A DNA stretch of 64,000 nt. It comes from Macrostomum lignano. Lineage: Eukaryota. The notes under the pieces were generated by a model. That model did not search any database. It had not been told where the DNA came from and saw only the letters and a program-made list of their open reading frames with translations. Positions 48,701-58,904 of this stretch are shown here, piece after piece. Where the stretch lies: positions 1 through 64,000 of the forward strand of contig NIVC01001620.1 in assembly GCA_002269645.1 (NCBI GenBank), in the 5' to 3' direction. Every line of letters begins with the position of its first letter. Within the stretch, counting starts at the first letter, position 1. The position numbers were made by a program, and so were the translations under genes.

Positions 48701-51700
48701 TTTCGGAATTGCCGACATTGTTAGGGTAAGAGTAAGGCGTAAACCATAAATGAATTGGCCTTTCAAACGTAAGACTCATCGAGGAATGTCATAGCTCATG
48801 GGGGATATCTGAATTATACTGTGGCTCAAGGAGCTCATGGGGGATATCTGAATTGTACTGTGGCTCAAGGAGCTCATGGGGGATATCTGAATTATACTGT
48901 GGCTCAAGGAGCTCATGGGGGATATCTGAATTATACTGTGGCTCAAGGAGCTCATGGGGGATATCTGAATTATACTGTGGCTCAAGGAGCTCATGGGGGA
49001 TATCTGAATTATACTGTGGCTCAAGGAGCTCATGGGGGATATCTGAATTATACTGTGGCTCAAGGAGCTCATGGGGGATATCTGAATTATACTGTGGCTC
49101 AAGGAGCTCATGGGGGATATCTGAATTATACTGTGGCTCAAGGAGCTCATGGGGGATATCTGAATTATACTGTGGCTCAAGGAGCTCATGGGGGATATCT
49201 GAATTATACTGTGGCTCAAGGAGCTCATGGGGGATATCTGAATTATACTGTGGCTCAAGGAGCTCATGGGGGATATCTGAATTATACTGTGGCTCAAGGA
49301 GCTCATGGGGGATATCTGAATTATACTGTGGCTCAAGGAGCTCATGGGGGATATCTGAATTATACTGTGGCTCAAGGAGCTCATGGGGGATATCTGAATT
49401 ATACTGTGGCTCAAGGAGCTCATGGGGGATATCTGAATTATACTGTGGCTCAAGGAGCTCATGGGGGATATCTGAATTATACTGTGGCTCAAGGAGCTCA
49501 TGGGGGATATCTGAATTATACTGTGGCTCAAGGAGCTCATGGGGGATATCTGAATTATACTGTGGCTCAAGGAGCTCATGGGGGATATCTGAATTATACT
49601 GTGGCTCAAGGAGCTCATGGGGGATATCTGAATTATACTGTGGCTCAAGGAGCTCATGGGGGATATCTGAATTATACTGTGGCTCAAGGAGCTCATGGGG
49701 GATATCTGAATTATACTGTGGCTCAAGGAGCTCATGGGGGATATCTGAATTATACTGTGGCTCAAGGAGCTCATGGGGGATATCTGAATTATACTGTGGC
49801 TCAAGGAGCTCATGGGGGATATCTGAATTATACTGTGGCTCAAGGAGCTCATGGGGGATATCTGAATTATACTGTGGCTCAAGGAGCTCATGGGGGATAT
49901 CTGAATTATACTGTGGCTCAAGGAGCTCATGGGGGATATCTGAATTATACTGTGGCTCAAGGAGCTCATGGGGGATATCTGAATTATACTGTGGCTCAAG
50001 GAGCTCATGGGGGATATCTGAATTATACTGTGGCTCAAGGAGCTCATGGGGGATATCTGAATTATACTGTGGCTCAAGGAGCTCATGGGGGATATCTGAA
50101 TTATACTGTGGCTCAAGGAGCTCATGGGGGATATCTGAATTATACTGTGGCTCAAGGAGCTCATGGGGGATATCTGAATTATACTGTGGCTCAAGGAGCT
50201 CATGGGGGATATCTGAATTATACTGTGGCTCAAGGAGCTCATGGGGGATATCTGAATTATACTGTGGCTCAAGGAGCTCATGGGGGATATCTGAATTATA
50301 CTGTGGCTCAAGGAGCTCATGGGGGATATCTGAATTATACTGTGGCTCAAGGAGCTCATGGGGGATATCTGAATTATACTGTGGCTCAAGGAGCTCATGG
50401 GGGATATCTGAATTATACTGTGGCTCAAGGAGCTCATGGGGGATATCTGAATTATACTGTGGCTCAAGGAGCTCATGGGGGATATCTGAATTATACTGTG
50501 GCTCAAGGAGCTCATGGGGGATATCTGAATTATACTGTGGCTCAAGGAGCTCATGGGGGATATCTGAATTATACTGTGGCTCAAGGAGCTCATGGGGGAT
50601 ATCTGAATTATACTGTGGCTCAAGGAGCTCATGGGGGATATCTGAATTATACTGTGGCTCAAGGAGCTCATGGGGGATATCTGAATTATACTGTGGCTCA
50701 AGGAGCTCATGGGGGATATCTGAATTATACTGTGGCTCAAGGCTCAACAGGAATTGCTGTGATCGCAATACATGTGAATGTGGCCAAAATTTATGGCTCA
50801 AATAGGAGTTTCTAAGATGTCAAAGCTTACGGTGGGATTCCTGTAATGCTTTAGGCTGTGACTCTGCTGAGATGCTAAGATTCACAGGGAAATGACCGGG
50901 ATTTCAAAGGCTTCTAAAGGAAATAGCTGAAATTCACTAAATGTCAAGGTTCATTAGGTAATTGCTAAAATGCAAGTGCCAAAATATCAAAAGGATAGTC
51001 GCTCAATTTTCAGGCTCATGGGGAAATTGCTAACATTTCCAAAGCTCATTGGGGAATTGCTGAAATCCGGCTGCAGGTTAAGGGTTATGGTTTTGGTTCA
51101 GTTATAGAGCGATCGTCGTGTCAATCATTAATGATTCATCGAGGAATTGCTAAGATTAAATGCTTTTGGGGCGAATTACTTAAATGCTTTGGCTCTACGA
51201 GGAGTTGCTGACAGGTCAAGGCTTTCGGTAAAATTCAGGTTACAAAGCTTATAACTGAGGAGGTTACCTTAATGCTGAGACTCAAGGCTCATGGTGGAAA
51301 TTGCTAACATGCCAAGACTTACTTCTGCGTTAGGGTTAGGGGCTTAGGTGAGTTTTGGTTCCATCTTAGATTAACGGCTGTCAACCATCAATTAAAGACT
51401 TGCTAAGATATCAAAGCTCATGGGGGAATCGCTGAGTTACAAGGCTCATAAAGAAACTGCTGAATTATCAAGGCTTATAAGGGGATTGCTGAATTCTTGG
51501 GAGAGGAGAGTCGGGTTGTTGGGATGTCAAGGCATACTGCGCTGGAAGACTTGCGTAGATGTCGAGGCTTGAGTTTAATTGCTGCGATGTCGAGGCTTAA
51601 TGAGGGAACTGCTGAGACACCAAGGCTTTCTGGAGGAATTCTGAGATTTCAAGGCTTACTGGGGAATTGCTGAATGGTTGAGATGTCAAGGCTTACTGGG

Positions 51701-54700
51701 GGGATTGCTGAGATATCAAGGCTTACTGAGGGAATTGCTGATATGTCGAGGCTTACGAGGGGAATTGCTGAGGTGTCAAGGCTTACTGGGGGGAATTGCT
51801 GAGATGTCAAGTCCTACTGGGAATGGCTAAGATTTCAATGCTTACTGGGGGAATTACTGAGATGTCAAAGCTTACACTGGGAATTGCTGAGATCTCAGAG
51901 CATACTGAGGGAATTTCTGAGATGTCAAGGCTTACTGGGGGAATTACTGAGATGTCAAAGCTTACTGGGGAATTGCTGAGATCTCAGAGCTTACGGGGCT
52001 AATTGCTGAGATCTCAAGGCTTTACTGGGGCAGTTGCTGAGATTTTAAGGCTTACTGGGGGAATTTCTGAGAGCTCAAGGCTTACTGGGGGAATTGCTGA
52101 GATCTCAGAGCTTACGGGGGAATTGCTGAGAAGTTAAGGCTTACTGGGGGAATGGCTGAGATGTCAAGGCTCATGGACGATGGCTGAATTGTTGGAGGGA
52201 GGGGGGTTAGTTTGTTAGGCGATTGTCAGATAGTCACGTTGTACAGCTCAAGTAGCTCATGTGTCATGTAATTCAGATAATGAAATAGTACACACAAGTG
52301 ATGCTGATTTCTGCTAATAGGATATACCAGTGCATTCATTAAAGCTTTGATTCTTTGATTTAGGCTAATATAGAGAGAGGGTCTAAGACCATCCAGGATT
52401 TGCATATTGAGCTCCTTCCAGTGACGATATTCAGTAATAGTTTGTGCTTGAAAGGATAAGCACTATTTGCTGATTTAGAAAGGGTTTTGGGCTGATGAAG
52501 GAAACTGTTTTGGCTGATGAAAGTTCTGATTCATGGATGTTTATTTTTGCCGAAATGAGAAAAGGTAATTTTTGATTTATGGAAAACAACATTTTGGATA
52601 CTTATAGTAAGGTTACTCTTGTGCCAAAATAAAAACCAATTGGTGTCATTTTCAAGGCTCCCCAGCGGGGGCTAAATGGCTAGTCCTATATACTAAAAAT
52701 GGTCTGTCTGTGTCTATCTATCTATCTATCTATCTATGTGATCGATTAGAGAAAAAATGGCTGGACCGATTTTGTTCGAACTTGCACTGTTCGATCAGAA
52801 ATTTTCCCGTGACGGTACATGCATCGTGGCTAAGAAATTGCTCGATGCTAAAGGCATTAAATATTCGAAAAACATGCTTTTTTGCAAAGGTCAAGCAAAC
52901 TTTTTGACTTGAAAAATGCATTGTAAGAATGCTAGAGAAAAAAATGACTGGTTGAATTCTGACTCTGAAATAGATTGCATCATAACTGAATTGTAACTCC
53001 GACTTGAATTGAAAATGCAGTGTGGAAGCGTAGCACCAGACTTGATTTAAATTGCGTAACCATATTGTTAACTGATACTGACTGACTGAGAAACTGATTA
53101 TGTCATAACTGCTTCGTGTGATTTACTCTATGCTTGGATTTAAAAGTGTTGAGTTATATAAGTGCAAAAGTTGATGTTATCAAAACGATGAGAGCTAGCC
53201 TAAAGGTGAACAAATTGAACTGCTAAATGCAGTGACGATGGTTTGAATTTTCATAGAGTATAATTTTTTTAATTAAAGCTTTTCAACGTCAGGAAAACTA
53301 AAAGACTTTTTAAAAAGAAGCGTCATGTAAAAATCATAGAAGCGTCATTTAAACAATCATAGAAGCGTCATGTAAAAATCATAGAAGCGTCATGTAAACA
53401 ATCATAGAAGCGTCATGTAAAAATCATAGAAGCGTCATGTAAACAATCATAGAAGCGTCATGTAAACAATCATAGAAGCGTCATGTAAACAATCATAGAA
53501 GCGTCATGTAAACAATCATAGAAGCGTCATGTAAACAATCATAGAAGCGTCATGTAAAAATCATAGAAGCGTCAAGAAAACAATCATAGAAGCGTCATGT
53601 AAAAATCATTGAAGCGTCATGTAAACAACCATAGAAGCGTCATATAAAACTCATAGAAGCGTCATGTAAAAAATCGTAGAAGCGTCATGTAAACAATCAT
53701 AGAAGCGTCATGTAAACAATCATAGAAGCGTCATGTAAACAAGCATAGAAGCGTCATGTAAAAATCATAGAAGCGTCATGTAAAAATCATAGAAGCGTCA
53801 AGAAAAAATCATAGAAGCCTCATTTAAAACTAATGAAAGTGTCATTTAAAAAATTAAGAAGCGTCACGGTAGAATAAAAGAAACGTCATGTCAGACATGA
53901 AGGGTTCATGTAAAAATTAAATGCAACTATAATGCTGTGCTGGGGAGAAAAACTGAGACGTCAAGGCTCACAGAGAATAACTGAGATTACGGGGGGGGGG
54001 GTTTCTGAGATGTCAAAGCAAAAGTCAGAAGCTACTTCAAAGTTCATGTACTTTACTCCATTTTTTATTGCATTCTTTGTTGGCTCGTCACGGGGGGGGG
54101 CGCTGATAGAAGAAAAGTCATGTAAAAAATAAAAGTAGCACTATGTATACATAAAGAAAAGTCATGTCGAAGTTAAAAGATTCATTTGGGAATCGCTACG
54201 ATGTCAAAGCTTGGTGGAAATCGTTATAGTGCTGTGATTCTTAAAGAAAGAATCACTAAAATGTCAAGGCTTAGGGGAGAAGAATTGCTGAGATTTCAAG
54301 GCTTTAGGTTGGGTTAAAGTTAGGTTTAGGTCAGGTGTGGGTTGAGGGTTATATTTTATCGGGTTTCAAGGTTAACAGGGGATTTTTTAGATTTCAAGGT
54401 TTATGGGGGCCATTGCTGACATGTCAAGGCTTACGGGGGGAATAGCTGAGATGTCAAGGCTCACGGGGGTATAAATGAGATATCAAGGCTAAAGTCAGAA
54501 GCTACATGTAGTTTATTGAAAACTTTTTATTACATTATTTGATGCCTCCTCAGGGGAGGGATCGCTGATAAAAAAGCGTAATGTAAAAAATAAAAGAAGC
54601 TTCATGTCGAAGTTAAGAGATTCATTTGGGAATCCCTACGATGTTGAGGCTTGCAAGGAATCGCTATAATGCTGCAGGGGCGTAGCCAGGAATTTTGTTT

Positions 54701-56132
54701 GGGGGGGGGCCTTGAGTTAGGGGCGCCAGCTTCTTATAGGGGGGGGCGCCAGTTTCTTGTAGGGGGGGCGCCAGTTTCTTTTAGGGGGGCGCCAGTTTCT
54801 TTTAGGGGGCGCCAGTTTCTTTTAGGGGGGCGCCAGTTTATTTTAGGGCGGGCGCCAGTTTCTTATAGGGGGCGCCAGTTTCTTTTAGGAGGGGGGGCGC
54901 CAGTTTCTTTAAGGGGGGCGCCAGTTTCTTTTAGGGGGGGGCGCCAAGGCCAGAGTTGGTGATTATGGGGGGGCCACGGCCCCCCTTGCCCCCCTCTGGT
55001 TACGCCCCTGTAATGCTGTAGTAGTGCTATAATGACTCTTAGAGAGAATTACTGAAATTTCAATGCTTTAGGGTTAGGGTTAGGGTTAGGGTTAGGCTAG
55101 GGTTAGGGTTAGAAGGTTGACAGATATTTTTAGATTTCCAAGGCTTATTGGGGGCATTGCTGAGATGTCAAGGGGGAAGTTAATATGTTAAAGCTTGTGA
55201 GGGGGATAACTGACATGTCAAGGCTTACAAGGTTTGACAGGAGATTTTTTAAGATTTTAAGGATACATGTAGCTTATTAAAAAAAACTTGTATTGCATTT
55301 CTTTGGCTCCCCAACGGGGGGCGTAGATTGCTAGTTTGGGGCTAAATTGGAATCTCGGCTTGGCTCTGCTCGTGCAATTAACGGCTATAGGACCAACCCC
55401 CCCCCCCAAGGCACAGTGAAGTGTACATGCCAAACGATAAAATAAAGTTAGGGCCACTGTACACTCCTGTGTGAGTGTGTGCCTGTGCGTATGACTGCGT
55501 ACGTATAGTACGTACGTACGTAGCAAAGAATTTTGGTCGCTTTGAGATTTTTAAGCTTTTGAAAGTTTGAGCTTATGAAACGTCCCTTTGTTACACCATT
55601 TGATCCTCTAAAAGATGAAGGCTGCTCCAACCCTGCCCCCCCCGCTCACAGCTTCGGCAACTACGGCTTCGGCACCGTGTCTGTGTCGGAGAACTCCACC
55701 AGCGGCTTGTTGAACGCCGCCTACGGCTCCGTGTTGTATGAACTGACCCCCGTGCGACTGGCTGGGGACACCGAGTCCCAGTACAGCTTCTTCCTCGCCA
55801 TCCTGCGGCCAGGCGGCTTCCCGCTGCCACCGCCGGTGCTCGGGTCCAATGCCAGTCACGTGACTCTCCAGCCAGGCAGCCTGAACCCCCAGCTGGGCCA
55901 GCCGCTGACTCCGCTGTTCCTGCGAATCTCCTCAGCTGGTCAGGGACAGCCGGTGGTGATCAACTCGCCGGCTTTCGAGGCCACGGCTCGATTGGAGAAG
56001 GGCCTGCAGCCCGACAGCTGGCGGCGGCCGGTTCTGTGCCCGGTGGAGCCCAAGGCTGCGGGGGCGGTCACCGGGACTCTGCTGGCGACGGCGGCGGCTG
56101 CGGTGGCGGCGACAGCGGCATTCAGCGGCTGA
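42789..56132 (+). CDS. Secreted serine beta-lactamase/PBP-fold hydrolase with C-terminal DUF3471-like domain and GPI-type tail, about 611 aa (exons 42789-43143, 43694-44137, 44449-44705, 45110-45407, 55652-56132)
   Basis: Signal peptide MSSKGLIFGLLLQLLLLCSSCFG; SxxK (LASISKG), IEDLTSHTTGL, YxN (FIYNNL), LWQPLGM, AAGGIY, HSG; hydrophobic C-terminus. Phases are compatible at all introns. One extra C is needed at 43031-43033. Confidence 0.9.
43220..43580. repeat. 31-bp minisatellite (CTACCGATAGCCAAACTTATCTCAGACACAT), about 11 copies, in lactamase intron 1
   Basis: Directly visible tandem units. Confidence 0.96.
44750..45090 (+). repeat. Pyrimidine-rich (Yn)CAG low-complexity array in lactamase intron 3
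   Basis: About 30 units such as CCTTTCAG, CCCTTCAG and TTTCAGC. Confidence 0.9.
45465..46160. repeat. 29-bp minisatellite (CATCATGAGTTGACTCACAGGACTTGAAG), about 24 copies
   Basis: Directly visible tandem units with two alternating variant positions. Confidence 0.97.
46293..46365 (+). mobile_element. tRNA-like SINE head fragment
   Basis: GGGGTGTAGCCCAGTGGT...GGCTCGATTCC resembles A and B boxes; no complete cloverleaf. Confidence 0.4.
46370..46945 (+). mobile_element. Two tandem Helitron/HINE-like repeat copies
   Basis: Duplicated block ACGCTCTA.AGACTGCAATTCT.GACC.ATTTTGATCGCGTTTTCGCCAAAA and the family motif AATG.TAAAGG.ATTAAATATTCGAAAAAC. Confidence 0.55.
48793..50745. repeat. 39-bp minisatellite (GAGCTCATGGGGGATATCTGAATTATACTGTGGCTCAAG), about 50 near-identical copies
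   Basis: Directly visible; only one variant unit seen (TGT for TAT near 48855). Confidence 0.99.
51000..52175. repeat. Degenerate 30-bp repeat (GGGGGAATTGCTGAGATGTCAAGGCTTACT); further scattered copies from 48400 to 55250
   Basis: Recurring GGGGAATTGCTGAGAT(G/C/T)TCAAGGCTTAC, best preserved at 51640-52170. Confidence 0.9.
52657..52990 (+). mobile_element. Helitron-like 3' end (hairpin + CTAG at 52680-52683) abutting the TC start of a second Helitron/HINE-like element
   Basis: GCTCCCCAGCGGGGGC-TAAATGG-CTAG|TC-CTATATACTAAAAATGGTCTGTCTG(TCTA)n...GGCTGGACCGATTTTG. Confidence 0.65.
53325..53830. repeat. 22/23-bp minisatellite (ATAGAAGCGTCATGTAAA(C)AATC), about 22 copies
   Basis: Directly visible tandem units. 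Confidence 0.95.
54675..55010. mobile_element. hAT-type MITE with internal 20-bp repeats
   Basis: TIR CAGGGGCGTAGCCAG / CTGGTTACGCCCCTG; perfect 8-bp TSD TAATGCTG (54667-54674 and 55011-55018); internal GGGGGGCGCCAGTTTCTTTTA repeats. Confidence 0.93.
55068..55112 (+). repeat. Short interstitial (TTAGGG)n tract
   Basis: About 7 TTAGGG units with one variant. Confidence 0.85.
55306..55334 (+). mobile_element. Helitron-like 3' terminus
   Basis: GCTCCCCAACGGGGGGC hairpin, 8 nt, then CTAG|T. Confidence 0.6.
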
Positions 56133-56154
56133 AGAAGCTGCTGAAGAAGCTGGA

Positions 56155-56420
56155 GATGAAGGATTAGAATCTGATAGCGATGGATTGGAATCTGAGGGTG
56201 GTGGATTGGAATCTGAGGGTGATGGATTGGAATCTGAGGGTGGTGGATTGGAATCTGAGGGTGATGGATTGGAAGCTGAGGATAGATGGATTGGAATCTG
56301 ATGCCGATGGATTGGAAGCTGAGGATAGATGGATTGGAATCTGATGCCGATGGATTGGAAGCTGAGGATAGATGGATTGGAATCTGATGCCGATGGATTG
56401 GAAGCTGAGGATAGATGGGT
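56155..56420. repeat. 21/43-bp minisatellite just after the lactamase stop codon (GATGGATTGGAA(T/G)CTGAGG...)
   Basis: Directly visible tandem units. Confidence 0.9.
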
Positions 56421-57149
56421 AGAAGTATTGAAATCTGGCTTGAACCAGAACTTAGACATGTAAAGTTATGAAAGTTTTTATATTTATTCTGAAAATTCCG
56501 CTAGTGGCAAATCGCGACAATCTTTATAGGCTACTCATAGTACTCTGATGATACTTTTAGTCAGTAATTTTTTGAAGCATTACAAAAAACGTTTTACAAT
56601 ATCAGTAGGGTCAAAATGTTGATACAAGTTAATTTATCAGAGTTCTGTTATTATTTTAGCAGTCGTTTAGTGAATATTTTGCTATTCACAATTATAAAAA
56701 TTATAAAAATCAACATTAACGCACCAATAAATTTATATTTATTCAAATCACATATTTGTTTAAGCGCAATAATTTTATACAGTGGCTTACAAGTCAAATA
56801 CACTTCATTATGTTAATGCTGCCTCCGAAGCATGCTAAAGTTTCATTAATTAATTGGCTTGCTACCAGTATAAAAGTACAGAGAGCATTAAAAAGTTAAG
56901 CTTTCAATAATTTCGAAATTCGAAAATTACTAACAAGTGAAAATCAAAATAGTAGCAATATGATTGCTTTAATAGTGTTTTAATAAAAGCAGTTGCTCCG
57001 AACAAAACTTCAACTTTGCAGGAGCTCGAAACTAAAAACCAAAAAACTTGTTCAAGTCATAAGTTAACAGCAAATATGTTGTCATAATGGTAAGATTGAT
57101 AATCAGAAACCCAGAATTTTCCTTAATTTATAGGACTGAATCTTAGTAG

Positions 57150-57697
57150 CAATAGTTCCCGCTGTCCCAGTGCATCAGAACACATATTAGCGATAGTTCC
57201 CGCTGTCCCAGTGCATCAGAACACATATTAGCAATAGTTCCCGCTGTCCCAGTGCATCAGAACACATAGTAGCGATAGTTCCCGCTGTCCCAGTGCATCA
57301 GAACACATAGTAGCAATAGTTCCCGCTGTCCCAGTGCATCAGAACACATAGTAGCGATAGTTCCCGCTGTCCCAGTGCATCAGAACACATAGTAGCGATA
57401 GTTCCCGCTGTCCCAGTGCATCAGAACACATAGTAGCGATAGTTCCCGCTGTCCCAGTGCATCAGAACACATAGTAGCGATAGTTCCCGCTGTCCCAGTG
57501 CATCAGAACACATAGTAGCGATAGTTCCCGCTGTCCCAGTGCATCAGAACACATAGTAGCGATAGTTCCCGCTGTCCCAGTGCATCAGAACACATAGTAG
57601 CGATAGTTCCCGCTGTCCCAGTGCATCAGAACACATAGTAGCGATAGTTCCCGCTGTCCCAGTGCATCAGAACACATAGTAGCGATAGTTCCCGCTG
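57150..57697 (-). repeat. 41-bp minisatellite containing the last codons and stop of the RING gene, about 13 copies
   Basis: The minus-strand unit GCGGGAACTATCGCTACTATGTGTTCTGATGCACTGGGACA equals the sequence encoding (S)GNYRYYVF* plus 12 nt. Confidence 0.97.
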
Positions 57698-58722
57698 CCG
57701 CCCGCCCCGGTGCCAGTGCTGGCGCTCTTGTGGTGCCGGCCAAGAGACTGCAGCCACAACTGCAAGGTGATCCGCTGGCTATCCGAGAACCAGTCGCTGG
57801 CGTTGGCCGTGGCAACCAGCATATGCACCTCGGCGAGGTACTCGGAACTCGGATTGCCTCTGGCGTAGTTGTCATAGCAACGCTTCACCGAGTTGAATGC
57901 CCGCTCGGCGCTGACGTAATGTGGCCGGCGGCGCAGGTGGCGGGCGATGAACTGCGACAGGCGGGCGATGGACTGCGGGGCAAAGCCGTATTCATAGTCC
58001 AGATCGAACTCCGCCTGCGGCGCTGCGCTGGAGGCGGCAGCGACAGCGGCGGCAGCGGCTGAGGCTGAATGTCGACGCTGCTGCTCGAGCTCCGAGCGAC
58101 TGATCTTCAGCTCCCGGTCGAGGGCCCGGGCTCGAGCTTCTGCTGCTGCTGCGTCCCGCCTAGCGACGGTCAGCTCCCACTGCAGGCGGGCAAGATCCGC
58201 CCGCAGGCTGGCCCGGCCACCTGACGCCATCATCGGGTGCGGCTGCTGCGAAGGTTGCTGCGACGCCTGCGGTGGTGGCGGCTCCTCCGTCTGGACGGCC
58301 CGCTCCATCGCAAGGGGCTGCTCGGCGCCAGTCACCGAATCCGTCGAATCAGAATTGTCGTCGACATCATCGTCGTCGTCGTCAGTCGACGCCGCGAACG
58401 AGCAGGCGGCTCGATGCTGCTCAAGGCCGTCCAGCCGGCCGGTGTGCTGGCAGCCGCGGGCGAAGTTCGGACAGCGGACCGGCAGGCCGCCGATGAGGCC
58501 GCAGAGGCAGAGGATCGGCCGGGCGTCGCCGGGCAGCACGAGAGAGCGGCAGTGCGGGCAGGAGGCGCTGCCAGTCAGCCAGGCGCTGAGGCAGGCCCGG
58601 CAGAAGGCGTGGCCGCAGGGTGTCAGCACTGGACAGTCGAGCACGGCGGCGCAGATGCTGCACAGCAGGTTGTCGTCCAAATCGGTGAGAAACAGCGACT
58701 GCTCAAATTCGGTAGAGTCCAT
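57667..58722 (-). CDS. Intronless RING-finger E3 ligase (RNF41/RNF151/PDZRN-like N-terminus: C3HC4 RING + TRAF/SIAH-type zinc finger + coiled coil), 351 aa
   Basis: MDSTEF...DDNLLCSICAAVLDCPVLTPCGHAFCRACLSAWL...CPHCR; CPNFARGC...LEQH...C. ATG at 58722 (the longer track ORF starts at a TTG and crosses a (CT)n tract). Confidence 0.92.
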   Translation of the reverse strand: MDSTEFEQSLFLTDLDDNLLCSICAAVLDCPVLTPCGHAFCRACLSAWLTGSASCPHCRSLVLPGDARPILCLCGLIGGLPVRCPNFARGCQHTGRLDGLEQHRAACSFAASTDDDDDDVDDNSDSTDSVTGAEQPLAMERAVQTEEPPPPQASQQPSQQPHPMMASGGRASLRADLARLQWELTVARRDAAAAEARARALDRELKISRSELEQQRRHSASAAAAAVAAASSAAPQAEFDLDYEYGFAPQSIARLSQFIARHLRRRPHYVSAERAFNSVKRCYDNYARGNPSSEYLAEVHMLVATANASDWFSDSQRITLQLWLQSLGRHHKSASTGTGAGGSGNYRYYVF

Positions 58723-58862
58723 GTTTCTTGTTCCGACAAAGTTTTTGTCCGATAACTTTTGCGGAGCGCTGATTCTAGAGTGAGCAATCGAGTGGGCGAG
58801 TGGGATACGAAACGTGACTTTCTTGTCAGAGCGAACAAGAGATACAACACAGTGCACTATTT

Positions 58863-58864
<2 letters not shown>

Positions 58865-58902
<38 letters not shown>
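58865..58902. repeat. (GA)n microsatellite upstream of the RING gene
   Basis: About 19 GA units. Confidence 0.95.

Positions 58903-58904
<2 letters not shown>

Noticed and set aside
48776-50815. Four ORFs of 650-670 aa
   Set aside because: Pure translations of a 39-bp (3n) tandem repeat, open on both strands, inside an intron; no splice signals or unique coding flanks.
55068-55112. Chromosome end
   Set aside because: Only about 7 TTAGGG units, internal to an intron, with genes on both sides.
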